Shown here piece by piece: positions 55,901 to 64,000 of a DNA stretch of 64,000 nt. The DNA comes from Terrimicrobiaceae bacterium. GTDB lineage: Bacteria; Verrucomicrobiota; Verrucomicrobiia; Chthoniobacterales; Terrimicrobiaceae. The notes beneath the pieces were generated by a model. That model did not search any database. It was not told where the DNA came from and was given only the letters and a program-made list of their open reading frames with translations. The stretch is from contig JBGSVZ010000031.1 in assembly GCA_041752695.1 (NCBI GenBank), forward strand, positions 125,229 through 189,228, given 5' to 3'. The translations under genes and the position numbers were made by a program. Within the stretch, counting starts at the first letter, position 1, and each line of letters begins with the position of its first letter.

Positions 55901-56507
55901 AGACAAAGCCCTGCTGGATCTCTTCTGCATCGAAGAACCGGCCACGGTCGAAGGGTTGGTGGCAGGAAAAGTGAATCTGAACACGAGGCAAGCGTCGGTA
56001 CTCGCCGCCGTCCTCGCGGGGGCGACGGTTGATGAGACGGATTCCACACTGGTTTATTCCGGCACTGAGGCGGGTCAACTGGCGGACGCTTTGGTGAAAC
56101 GTACGACCAGTACCGATCTTGCTGGTGGCAAAGGACCATTGGTCAACACTTCCGATTTAGTCGGTCGTTGGAAGGGGCCAGGCCTCGCAGCGACGATAAC
56201 TGACCCTGAAACTTGGTTTTCAGGATTTTCTTCCGATATCGGTGCGGCTGCCAATCTGTTAGGCACACCGAAATCTCTCATCCCGCGTCAGCGTGAGACC
56301 GCCATCCGTGTCCTTGCGGCGAACGGCGGCGTGCGTACCTGGAACCTCTTGATCGACGTCTTGGCGCAGAGTGGGAAATTTGCGGCGGACAACGGGTCCC
56401 TCGATAAGTTTGTGGTGGAAGGTGAAAAACGCTACTGGCTGCATATCGCCATTGACCGACTCACAGGAAACGTCCTGGATCAGTATTGGGAGGTGGTAAC
56501 TGAATGA
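52923..56507 (+). CDS. Verru_Chthon cassette protein A (large PilX-like protein)
   Basis: RGTALIVVL (no Glu5), PPDWVYV, IGRYAFAIYDEGG, NRPFLSVAELG and GKVNLNT. Confidence 0.85.
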   Translation: MKESYPPTPTARGTALIVVLMFVVLMTVVVLAFFMKATAFRGLSQSAVSEFKAETLARSALAITVADLRQEIKNGSTQKTLGNTSLFYPTSAANAIPMRSGNPAPEPDGSDPIPNLIRRSVRADSIASPGVVSRASAASSVTPSGNGRFISPARWNKHYLIPRDPALYGGANAGIVGTDPIPGFVPPDWVYVTDNGPEVLAASKRSVIGRYAFAIYDEGGLLDINVAGYPTNTPVETKPHPNPNPNHRPSWGSGKKEALTFADLTVLGLTQNEVDQVVGWRNFATAQPTGQFPTFAFDAAAALRVHEQAVGNDSGFLKVSETTWLSGGQTKTDQMFTSRQQLLKFRNQVGFSQDALQYLGTFSRSLEEPSYVPNAARPRIHANQNTNNASYGRGNDAFSLDRDLANPSTDINPPVPEVRVKTPGFTRPDGTAATVGDPLLKHKFPLFRLKKVVRTATALKSESDPIYREFGIYRTSASDPWLYDHGNGTGILRLDEVAALGREPDFFEILNAGIDIGSLGKPVAFSNFDTPGGYGNIIFQRAALTGLHTLQIGANILDQSDEDGFPSRIAFSGSPDRMVSGIEDLPYIYHLRNRISFPSVGVGRFLIQPVVWNPHDPAGKDPVDAPGSFRIRAVPQDPAQMAEFKVEYYQGNPLQNFELEWDRPTSGYGPVTFNAGESNGYHGFRQPALLGEANLPAGSNTAGNGFNQDDFDPTTTLVGVVAADFLVRVPRVSNPALFAYANKLSISGPTPGVNFVLEYREGSNWIPYNTIPYWSVGASLGLGHTGIDTAAEQKTHFMTHFTNGGGLKAIDFESSGNERWRGVTRTDPRNERLAPSFAQYIHKPAVLDASQNIYETYRGGTGLSFADHHTGVSDNGFVGGWVGLTPNWHRGHQHGLWAENSVRATRQTDLSVAETRRFNRDPDGIVRRAMGGYATDSTSGGDFDNIHGLPLATHNFSSRPVILNRPFLSVAELGHVHRGETWKNLSFGFPESGDKALLDLFCIEEPATVEGLVAGKVNLNTRQASVLAAVLAGATVDETDSTLVYSGTEAGQLADALVKRTTSTDLAGGKGPLVNTSDLVGRWKGPGLAATITDPETWFSGFSSDIGAAANLLGTPKSLIPRQRETAIRVLAANGGVRTWNLLIDVLAQSGKFAADNGSLDKFVVEGEKRYWLHIAIDRLTGNVLDQYWEVVTE

Positions 56508-57310
56508 AACGAGACTGGATGACATGGGCTGTCGCTTGTCTTCTGGCCTTGTCCATGCCGATGGCCACCGCCGGGGACGTGCCAGAGTTGGCACCGGAAT
56601 TTGTCTTTAAGAACCAGGCCCCGGAGTTCAGTTCATGGACCATAACCTGCATTCATGCTGGCACGGAAAATGACCTTGCTGCTCAAAAGGAGGCCTATGC
56701 GGCTGCGATGCAAAGGATGGCTGAGGATAATCCCGGCATTGCCAAATTTCTCTCGGCCAATCCGTCTTTTGGCACCCTCAGGCCACGGGTTGAAAGAATC
56801 GAGGTGACCAGAACCGGAAAGATTCGCAGGGAGGACATCTATTATTCTGGGGGCAAAATGGAACAACGCTGGTGGTTGCCCGGCACGTATCTTCAGAAGG
56901 ACGCGTTCTCGGGGCGCGTGTTTTTTGAAAGTGGCGTGACCGATACGGCCTTGCCCCCATTTCCTGAACTTGGTTGGATAGCGGAAGGCAAATTCCGTGG
57001 CCTTGAGAAAATGGAGGGCCGGGAAGTCTTGGTCTTTGAAAGCCGGGAACAGAGACTCTCTCTAGAGGATCCTCGGGCCTTTCGCCGGAGCGAGGGAACG
57101 GACGACGAGGAGGCAATCGTCGTTGTGAAAGCGAGGGTCGACCCGGAAACCCTAATGCCTATTTCTGTGGAGTGGGACGGCCAGGTGCGTACCTACCGTT
57201 TCGGTCCAGCGCCGACCTCTCTGCAAACCCTGCCCGCAGACTTGACGGCCATCGTTGATAGATCCGCCAAGCGCGCTGCCGCCGCCACCCGCCCCTTGTC
57301 CCCTCCCTGA
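56504..57310 (+). CDS. Exported hypothetical protein coupled to the cassette
   Basis: Signal peptide; ATGA overlap with protein A. Confidence 0.75.
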   Translation: MKRDWMTWAVACLLALSMPMATAGDVPELAPEFVFKNQAPEFSSWTITCIHAGTENDLAAQKEAYAAAMQRMAEDNPGIAKFLSANPSFGTLRPRVERIEVTRTGKIRREDIYYSGGKMEQRWWLPGTYLQKDAFSGRVFFESGVTDTALPPFPELGWIAEGKFRGLEKMEGREVLVFESREQRLSLEDPRAFRRSEGTDDEEAIVVVKARVDPETLMPISVEWDGQVRTYRFGPAPTSLQTLPADLTAIVDRSAKRAAAATRPLSPP

Positions 57311-57456
57311 ATCGGGGGGAATGAGGCGGTTTTGACCGCGGACGAAACGGATCGGGCGGATGCAAATGCCATCAATCTCCTTCGACTGTCCAATCGCGGT
57401 TGAAGTTTTTTGTTCCCGTATATTGGCGAGTCGCTAAACCCGATAGCTTGGTCTTC

Positions 57457-58242
57457 TCACGGTTTGTCAGGGGCTTTTTTCTGCGTGAATAGCCACTGCA
57501 ACACTTCGGCGTTGGCAAAGGTCTGCGTCCAGGAATTGTGTCCCACGCCGGGGTATTCCGTATATTTCGGATTTCCTCCTCCTGCCTTCACGGCTTCGAT
57601 CATGTCCCGCGAGCGGCTGGTTTTTACGGTCTGGTCCTGGTCGCCATGGAAGGTCCAGATCGGCAGTTCTTTTAATTTTGGGGCTTCTGCAGTGTCGCCT
57701 CCGCCGCAGACCGGAAGCGCGGCCGCGAAAGTTTCGGGTTCCCGCTGCACGATATCCCACGTGCCGAATCCGCCCATGGAGATTCCGCATACATAAATCC
57801 TGCTGTCGTCGACGGGCAGGGATTTCAGGCAGTCCTGCAGAAGTGCCATCGCGGCGTGCATAGGTTTGGAGGGTTTGGGCGGCATGGTGTGGGACAGACC
57901 ACCCCAGGGGACATCGACCCACTGCATCCCGCTCGGACACTGCGGGGCGACGATGATGGCCGGGATGGCGTTCTTTTTGACGAAGGAAAACAGCCCCGGG
58001 ATGGCATGATGAAGCTGCCGGATATTGTTGTCCCCGCGTTCCCCGGCCCCGTGGAAAAAGAGAACCAGTGGAATTTTTTCCCCGGGCTTCAAATCGGGAG
58101 GGATATAAATTCGGTAATTAAGGGCAAAATCGCCATCTTGGAACGTGTGCGTCTCAAAGGCCTCCTCCGGCTTCTCCGCACGCAGGGGGGAAAGCAACAG
58201 TGCACAGAGAATGAATAGGTGGAAGCGCGAAGACAATGTCAT
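57457..58242 (-). CDS. Secreted alpha/beta-hydrolase (carboxylesterase/predicted peptidase)
   Basis: FFHGAGERG, GISMGG, FHGDQD and YPGVGHNSW. Confidence 0.9.
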   Translation of the reverse strand: MTLSSRFHLFILCALLLSPLRAEKPEEAFETHTFQDGDFALNYRIYIPPDLKPGEKIPLVLFFHGAGERGDNNIRQLHHAIPGLFSFVKKNAIPAIIVAPQCPSGMQWVDVPWGGLSHTMPPKPSKPMHAAMALLQDCLKSLPVDDSRIYVCGISMGGFGTWDIVQREPETFAAALPVCGGGDTAEAPKLKELPIWTFHGDQDQTVKTSRSRDMIEAVKAGGGNPKYTEYPGVGHNSWTQTFANAEVLQWLFTQKKAPDKP

Positions 58243-58297
58243 ACGGCAGCGTCTATCACAGGCAGTCGTGCCAACTCAACCGGGCAAAAACCGGAAT

Positions 58298-58313
58298 TAC
58301 GCAATCTATTGCG
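58298..58313. promoter_or_regulatory. Operator candidate TACGCAATCTATTGCG (copy 2)
   Basis: Identical to 50726-50741; lies between the divergent esterase and PEP-CTERM genes. Confidence 0.75.
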
Positions 58314-58399
58314 CAAGGGGCGGCTTGCGCTGTCGGAGCGGTTGCTTACGTTTTCCATTCTTCAGGTCGGTAAATTCCATCGCTATCCCCCAATCTCTC

Positions 58400-60649
58400 A
58401 TGAAAAGTCTCACAAAAATTTCCCTCCTCACTGCCCTTCTGGCGGCCCATGTCTCGCTTCACGCTCAGACGACCGGTTTTAATCAATCGGCGGCCGGCCC
58501 TTGGGACTATAACGACGGCGGGAATTGGGTGGGTAGCTCCATCAACGGCATCTGGGATTCCTCGCTAACCTTGGCGGCGGCTCAGACGGTGACGTTTGGA
58601 GCGGACACTCCCCTTGGAACGGGGCTCAATTTTCTCTATACGGGCGCTCAGAATTTGACCCTGCGGGGAACGGGAACGAATGCGACGCTCACATTGGGCG
58701 GTGATATCTTGCACAATACGGTGAGCGCTAATCGTACGATCACGATCGGGAGCACAACGGCGCTTCAAGGGCTCAATGTCGATTTAGGTGGGACCGCCCG
58801 CACCTTCACGATCAACGGGACGGCCGGCGCGAACAACATACGCTTTCTGAATTTCGCGAATAATGTCACGAATGGCAGCCTTACGCTGAACGGTGGCGGA
58901 TTTGTCAGTTTGGATGGTACAGCTAACAGCCTCACCACGTTGAGGCTGCAGAATACGAACCTCCGCCTCAACGGAGTGAGTGGCGCCAATTCGCTGACGA
59001 CCGTCAGTGGGTCCCTGGTCATTGATGGGAATTCCACCAATGGGGGCGCTTCTCTCATTACCATCACTCCGAATGCGGCCCGGAACACGACGCTCACCGC
59101 CAACAGTTTGTCCAGAGATAACAGTGGCGTTGCCTTTTTCCGCGGCAACAATCTCGGCGGCACGCTGGGGGCCAATGGGGTTTCCAATATCACCTTCTCC
59201 ACGGCCCCGACTGCACAGCTTGTCGGAGGTAATGGCCTTGCTGGATCAAAAAATATCAGCGTTCTCCCCTGGGCTGTGGGCAGCACAACGGCAGCAGGCT
59301 CGGCTGAGACATTCATCACTTATGACGCCAACGGGATCCGCCCCCTGGCGGCTTCGGAGTTCGAGGTGTATGTTAATGGGTTTAGCGGGACAGCGACTGG
59401 CACCGATTTGAATACGCGTATTGCCTCCACTGGCACGGTCACGTTTACAGGGAACAATACGGTCAATTCGCTCTTTGTCGGGGATGGCTCGACCGCTGCC
59501 GCGACTGTTCTCAATGGTGACGGTGGGGTTCTGACGGTAACGAGCGGTGCGGTCTTTTTTCAACGGGCGACCGTTTCGCAGAATCTCAATTTTGGGTCCC
59601 GAGAGGGTGTGATCGGATATACCCAGGGACAAGGTTCGACCTTTTCTGGCGGAATTGCCGGCTCTGGTGGCGTGACTCTCTATCAGCCAGCGACCAATTC
59701 GAATTCCTTTTCAGCCGGCAACGGTCTGACAATTTCAGGCTCCGCCAGTTATACAGGGGACACCAATATTCTCGGGCGGGTGCAGATTACGAACGCAAAT
59801 TTTCTGCCTAATGCCAGCCGGACGGGAAATGTGATTGTTGAAGGCCGGCTCGAATTGACCACCTCAACCGCAATCAACGGTCTGTCGGGAGGCGGGGAAG
59901 TGAGAAAGGAATTCAGCGGGGCTGGAATCAATTTTACCGTGGGGGGTAATGACGCTGACGGAAACTTTACGGGCGTGATCAGTAATAACTCCGCGCTTAC
60001 ACTCATTAAGACCGGCACAGGGACACAGATCCTAGCCGGGGCAAACATCTACACGGGCGGCACGACCGTTAACGCCGGGACCCTGCTCATCAACGGAAGC
60101 GTGGTGGCAACGGGGAATGTCAACGTCACCGCAGGCACCCTCGGCGGGGCGGGCAATGGCACGACCACCGGAATCATCGGCGGTGCGGCTACGTTGTCCG
60201 CCGGCGCCAGGCTGGCACCAGGCGCGGCAGCGGGGCTGGCGGGGAATCTGACCTTCTCGAACGGGCTCAATCTCTCGGCGTCGAGCAACAACACAGGTGC
60301 CTACCTCTTCAATCTGGGTTCGGTGGGATCGAGCGACAAAGTCACGTTGACCACAGGCACGGTGAACGCGCTCAATGTGGGAACTCTGGATACGACGGAC
60401 TTCACCTTCACGACGGGTGTGGGTTTTGGAGCGGGAACCTACGTTTTGTTCGATGCGAATTCCGCCATCGCAGGAAGCATTGGAACTGCGTCGGTTGATT
60501 TCGGCGGAGGGATTACAGGCACACTTTCAATTGATAACATCAATAATGATGTTTTGCTCACCGTAGTGCCGGAGCCTGCGTCTACGCTTCTGGTCGGCGT
60601 GGGTCTGGTGCTCGTGCTCTGGAGGTCCGGACGCCGGGTCCGCGACTAG
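58400..60649 (+). CDS. PEP-CTERM surface protein with autotransporter-associated beta-strand repeats
   Basis: Signal peptide, G/T/N-rich body, LIKTGTGTQILAGANIYTGGTTVNAGTL repeat, and VPEP-TM-RSGRRVRD tail. Confidence 0.92.
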   Translation: MKSLTKISLLTALLAAHVSLHAQTTGFNQSAAGPWDYNDGGNWVGSSINGIWDSSLTLAAAQTVTFGADTPLGTGLNFLYTGAQNLTLRGTGTNATLTLGGDILHNTVSANRTITIGSTTALQGLNVDLGGTARTFTINGTAGANNIRFLNFANNVTNGSLTLNGGGFVSLDGTANSLTTLRLQNTNLRLNGVSGANSLTTVSGSLVIDGNSTNGGASLITITPNAARNTTLTANSLSRDNSGVAFFRGNNLGGTLGANGVSNITFSTAPTAQLVGGNGLAGSKNISVLPWAVGSTTAAGSAETFITYDANGIRPLAASEFEVYVNGFSGTATGTDLNTRIASTGTVTFTGNNTVNSLFVGDGSTAAATVLNGDGGVLTVTSGAVFFQRATVSQNLNFGSREGVIGYTQGQGSTFSGGIAGSGGVTLYQPATNSNSFSAGNGLTISGSASYTGDTNILGRVQITNANFLPNASRTGNVIVEGRLELTTSTAINGLSGGGEVRKEFSGAGINFTVGGNDADGNFTGVISNNSALTLIKTGTGTQILAGANIYTGGTTVNAGTLLINGSVVATGNVNVTAGTLGGAGNGTTTGIIGGAATLSAGARLAPGAAAGLAGNLTFSNGLNLSASSNNTGAYLFNLGSVGSSDKVTLTTGTVNALNVGTLDTTDFTFTTGVGFGAGTYVLFDANSAIAGSIGTASVDFGGGITGTLSIDNINNDVLLTVVPEPASTLLVGVGLVLVLWRSGRRVRD

Positions 60650-60655
60650 TCGGCA

Positions 60656-61165
60656 ATGGCTAAGTGGTTAACGTTCTCTCTGCTCCTGGCGTTCGCCTCG
60701 GCGGGCGCACAGGAGTTTCCGAACGGCGGTTTCGAACAGGATCTGACCGACTGGAACACCGGGGGAGACAGGGATATGACTATGGCGATCAAGGAAGCCG
60801 CGCGCACTGGTCAGTTGGGCGTCCGGGTTACGGATGAAAGCGACGGCCAGGGCAGTTCTGTGACTTCGCTACCGATGGAGGCTCTGCCCGGAACTGAGTA
60901 TGAGCTGACCTGGTGGGGGCGGGGTGGCTCTGGTAGCGGCGGTGTGGGAGTCTATCTGCGTTTTCTCAACGAAGCCGGCAAAGGGACCGGAAAGGATCGT
61001 GTGGTGACGGTCCCCGCCGAAGCCAAGGAGTGGAAGGCGTATTCGGTGAAGGGCACCGCCCCGGAGAGCGCGGTCAGTGTGGTGGTTTGGATCCACTCCT
61101 ACGCCAAAGATACGCCAGTAGTTGATCTGGATGATTTTGTCCTGAAGGCCGTCCCGACGAATTGA
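60656..61165 (+). CDS. Secreted stand-alone carbohydrate-binding module (CBM4/9-like)
   Basis: Signal peptide, NGGFE...W and C-terminal DLDDFVL. Confidence 0.72.
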   Translation: MAKWLTFSLLLAFASAGAQEFPNGGFEQDLTDWNTGGDRDMTMAIKEAARTGQLGVRVTDESDGQGSSVTSLPMEALPGTEYELTWWGRGGSGSGGVGVYLRFLNEAGKGTGKDRVVTVPAEAKEWKAYSVKGTAPESAVSVVVWIHSYAKDTPVVDLDDFVLKAVPTN

Positions 61166-61170
61166 GATCC

Positions 61171-62226
61171 ATGCCCTTGAGAGCAGAAAACCGATTTATG
61201 CTTGGGGTGGCTGCTCGCCTGCCCGAGTTGACTGAACGCGATCTCTTTTTGATGAAAGAAGCAGGAATTGGGTGGCTGCGCTGCGGTGATGTTCATTTCG
61301 ACGCGGAGGCTTTTCATAAGGGCGAACTGCAGGGGCCTGCTTTTCAGGCGGCGAAGAAGCGGGCGGAACATTTCCGCGCGGAGGGGTTCCAGATTATGGG
61401 ACTGACCCCGACGCCACGGGATCTCGGCCAGCGGATTGGAGCGCAGGGCTCACCGGAGTATTTTGACAACTACCGCCGAATCTGCGCGTTTATCGCGGAG
61501 GAGTTCCGGGACTCCATCGGGTGGTGGCAGGTAGGCAACGAACTGGATATCTGGATTTTCCGGGAGACCCTTAGCCTGGAGCAGTCGGCGTATTTTCTCC
61601 AGCAAGGCATCCTCGGCGTGAAAGAAGGCGCGCCCGACTGCAAGGTGGGCATCAATATCACCCTGTTTCCTTCTTTGCCGGGAGAGGTGGATGGGAATAC
61701 CGAGGCGCACGAAGGGGTGGTGTTGGCCGAGGCCATCTATGGCGATCCTGATGTGCCGGTGGATTACGCCGGACTTGACAGCTACCCAGGCACTTGGCGC
61801 CGGGGCGGGCCGGAGAGCTGGGACGAATATCTCGAAGGATTTTATGCTCTTACCCGTAAACCCATTGTGGTGCAGGAGTTCGGGTATTCCGGCGCAGGGG
61901 AGATGATGACCCCTGCCGAGGCAGCGAGCGGGATTTATCCGTGTGAGGCTAAAAAATGGCGCTTTGGGTGGGGTGGGGGCCATAGTCCGGAAACGCAATC
62001 CGAATACATCCAGGAGGCCTTCAAGATCTTTGCTTCCAAACCTTATGTTCTTGGAGCGACCTATTACAATTGGCGGGATGCGCTGAAGTGCTGGCAGTGC
62101 CTGGAGCCAGACTGTCCCGCCGAAACCGCCTGGGGTTTGCTGGACCGGGAGGGCAATCCGAAAGTTTCTTATCGTGCATTCAAGGGCCATGCCGCGGAAA
62201 TCTTCGGCGGCGCGGCCATGGCCTGA
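61171..62226 (+). CDS. Clan GH-A glycoside hydrolase, family unclear
   Basis: WWQVGNE acid/base, [16 protein letters not shown] nucleophile and [11 protein letters not shown]. Confidence 0.75.
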   Translation: MPLRAENRFMLGVAARLPELTERDLFLMKEAGIGWLRCGDVHFDAEAFHKGELQGPAFQAAKKRAEHFRAEGFQIMGLTPTPRDLGQRIGAQGSPEYFDNYRRICAFIAEEFRDSIGWWQVGNELDIWIFRETLSLEQSAYFLQQGILGVKEGAPDCKVGINITLFPSLPGEVDGNTEAHEGVVLAEAIYGDPDVPVDYAGLDSYPGTWRRGGPESWDEYLEGFYALTRKPIVVQEFGYSGAGEMMTPAEAASGIYPCEAKKWRFGWGGGHSPETQSEYIQEAFKIFASKPYVLGATYYNWRDALKCWQCLEPDCPAETAWGLLDREGNPKVSYRAFKGHAAEIFGGAAMA

Positions 62227-62234
62227 TTCATCTT

Positions 62235-63908
62235 ATGAGAACGGATTTTTGTCTCGGAAAAAACATTGCTTCATTTGGTGTTGCGGTTCTGGCGGTGGTC
62301 GTGGGATTGGGGGGCTTTTCCTCGTTTGCCCAAGAGGCGGCCCCCATTTCCCAAGTTGCCGCGGAAGCAAACGGTGTGGCGGACGAGGCCGCCAGGTTGG
62401 CTGGTCGCCAGGCCAAAGCCGCCCAGGTTCTGGCCACGAACGGCTCTCTTATTCCGGGTGGGGATTTCGAGGGTGCTGCCGGAAAAAAACGCGTTATGAT
62501 GGAGAACGGAAATCATTTTCTGCGGCTGGAAACCAAGGAACCGGGCAAGTTGGAAGTGGACTACCGGCTGATTGATATTCCAATGGATGCAAGAGCTTTG
62601 GAGTTGACTTGGAAACAGCGCGTCACCGGGCTCAAAAAAGGGGAAAAGCCTTGGTTCGACGCCCGCATCCTCATGGAATGGAGGGATGCCGCTGGAAGGA
62701 CGATGTCCGAAAAGCCGTCTCCCGCCTATACGCAAAAAGACACCGCAGGGTGGGTGGAGAAAAGCACGAGTTTTCTCGTTCCCGAAGGAGCGGTGACTCT
62801 GGTTTTGATGCCCAGTCTCTTTCAGGTGAGGGCCGGGACTTTTGATCTCGATAACCTGGTTCTTAAGCCAGCCGACCCAGCTCCGATTCTGGCTCGCCGG
62901 GCCGACGCGCAACGTCAGGCGGCCGCGCGACAGGTGCCCGACGAAGCGCCGAATCCAGCCAATTGGCCCAAGATGTTGCAGGTGGTTGGCAATCGCCTCC
63001 ACGACACGGACGGCAAGGAAGTGTGGCTTCAGGGTGTGAATGCGGGTGGTCTGGAAACTTTGCCCCAGGACGAACAGCCGGTGAAGTCCCTCGTCGTCGC
63101 TATTGATGACTGGAAGGCCAACTGCGTGCGTGTGCCGATGAAAGAGGAGTTTTGGTGGGGCAAGAGCCCTTATCAGAACGATGGCGGCGAGGCCTTCCGC
63201 CAGAAGATCGACAAGATGATCACGCTGGCGGCCAACCGTGGCGCTTATGTTGTCGTGGATTTGCATCGCTACCGCGCTCCGAAGCAGGAACATGCCGATT
63301 TCTGGAAGGAATTTGCCACGAAATACAAAGATCACCCGGCCGTCCTTTTCGATCTGCTCAATGAGCCTCACGGCATCTCCTGGGAAGTCTGGCGCAATGG
63401 GGGTTTTGTCGGTGAAAAGACCGGAGTGGACGAGTCCGCTTTTCTCACCGCGGAAGAGAAAAAAAAGAATCAGGGCTTCGAATCTATTGGGATGCAGGGG
63501 CTGGTGGATGCCGTGCGCTCAACGGGTGCGAAAAATATCGTCATTGCCGGCGGGGTTTTCTGGTGCAACGACCTCTCAGGGGTTGTCAACGGCTTCGCTC
63601 TTGATGACAAAGGAGGGAACGGGGTGATGTATTCGTGGCACACCTATAATTGGCATAAGGGCTGGGAGCAAAAGGTGCTGCCCGCCGCAGAAAAATATCC
63701 GATCTTTCTTGGAGAGGTTGGGGCTGACGAAAAAAAGATGGATTTTATTCCGGCTCACGAACAGGAAGACCCTCATACTTGGGTGCCCGACATGCTGGGC
63801 TTCATCCAGAAATACAAAATCAACTGGACCGGCTGGTGTTTTCATCCCAAAGCCACGCCGGCAACGGTGTTGAAAGAAGAAGCTAAATGGAAGCATAAGA
63901 ATGCCTAA
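62235..63908 (+). pseudogene. Secreted CBM + GH5 glycoside hydrolase, C-terminus interrupted by an IS
   Basis: [21 protein letters not shown] and WTGWCFHP. After ATP at about 63861 the frame runs into IS sequence. Both catalytic Glu are retained. Confidence 0.7.
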
Positions 63909-64000
63909 GGGAAGCGATAAGAGTGAGCCAGGGAGCCTCGCGGGTGAGCGAGGCGCGCAACCAGCGCAAGAATTTGACGGTGCGCTGGGTGAGGCGGAGA
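63862..64000 (-). mobile_element. End of an IS4-family insertion sequence (terminal IR plus transposase C-terminus, stop at 63883-63885)
   Basis: CAACGGTGTTGAAAGAAG resembles IS4-type ends. The minus strand reads [38 protein letters not shown], like IS4 transposase C-termini. Confidence 0.68.

Noticed and set aside
1..64000. CRISPR array or cas genes
   Set aside because: No regularly spaced 25-45 bp direct repeats or Cas motifs seen by eye.

Overview
GC-rich bacterial chromosome segment. The Verru_Chthon pilin cassette, PEP-CTERM protein and verrucomicrobial-type LacI regulator point to Verrucomicrobia, probably Chthoniobacterales/Terrimicrobium-like (inference). (1) 1-18972: glycan-utilisation locus with a 5'-truncated MocD-desaturase/Rieske/NqrF-type reductase triple fusion, GH2, a GH28-like beta-helix, an MFS sugar transporter, GH29, GH27, a GH74-like protein, a mutarotase, DUF5107-TPR and a GntR/AraR regulator, plus two palindromic operator motifs. 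(2) 18960-27245: right part of an integrative mobilisable element. It holds a single-domain ClpB-like ATPase coupled to a type IV coupling protein, a MOBP-like relaxase, an RHH protein, an IncP-like oriT, about 1 kb of hairpin-dense non-coding leading region, DUF3560 and DUF3991-Toprim, and ends at a tRNA-Ser-like 3'-end att remnant. (3) 27288-49663: mostly housekeeping genes (NUDIX, tatC, recQ, vapBC, glutaredoxin, rpsA, HIT, adenylate cyclase, lpxB/lpxI, M23, MBL), plus an isomerase-split transketolase-kinase operon (apiose-like) with a GH5. (4) 49696-64000: LacI regulator, Verru_Chthon minor-pilin cassette and a PEP-CTERM/CBM/GH operon that share an identical 16-bp operator; the last GH5 is cut by an IS4-family element at the window edge. 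No complete rRNA, tRNA or CRISPR array was seen. All family calls come from motif recognition by eye, not from database searches.
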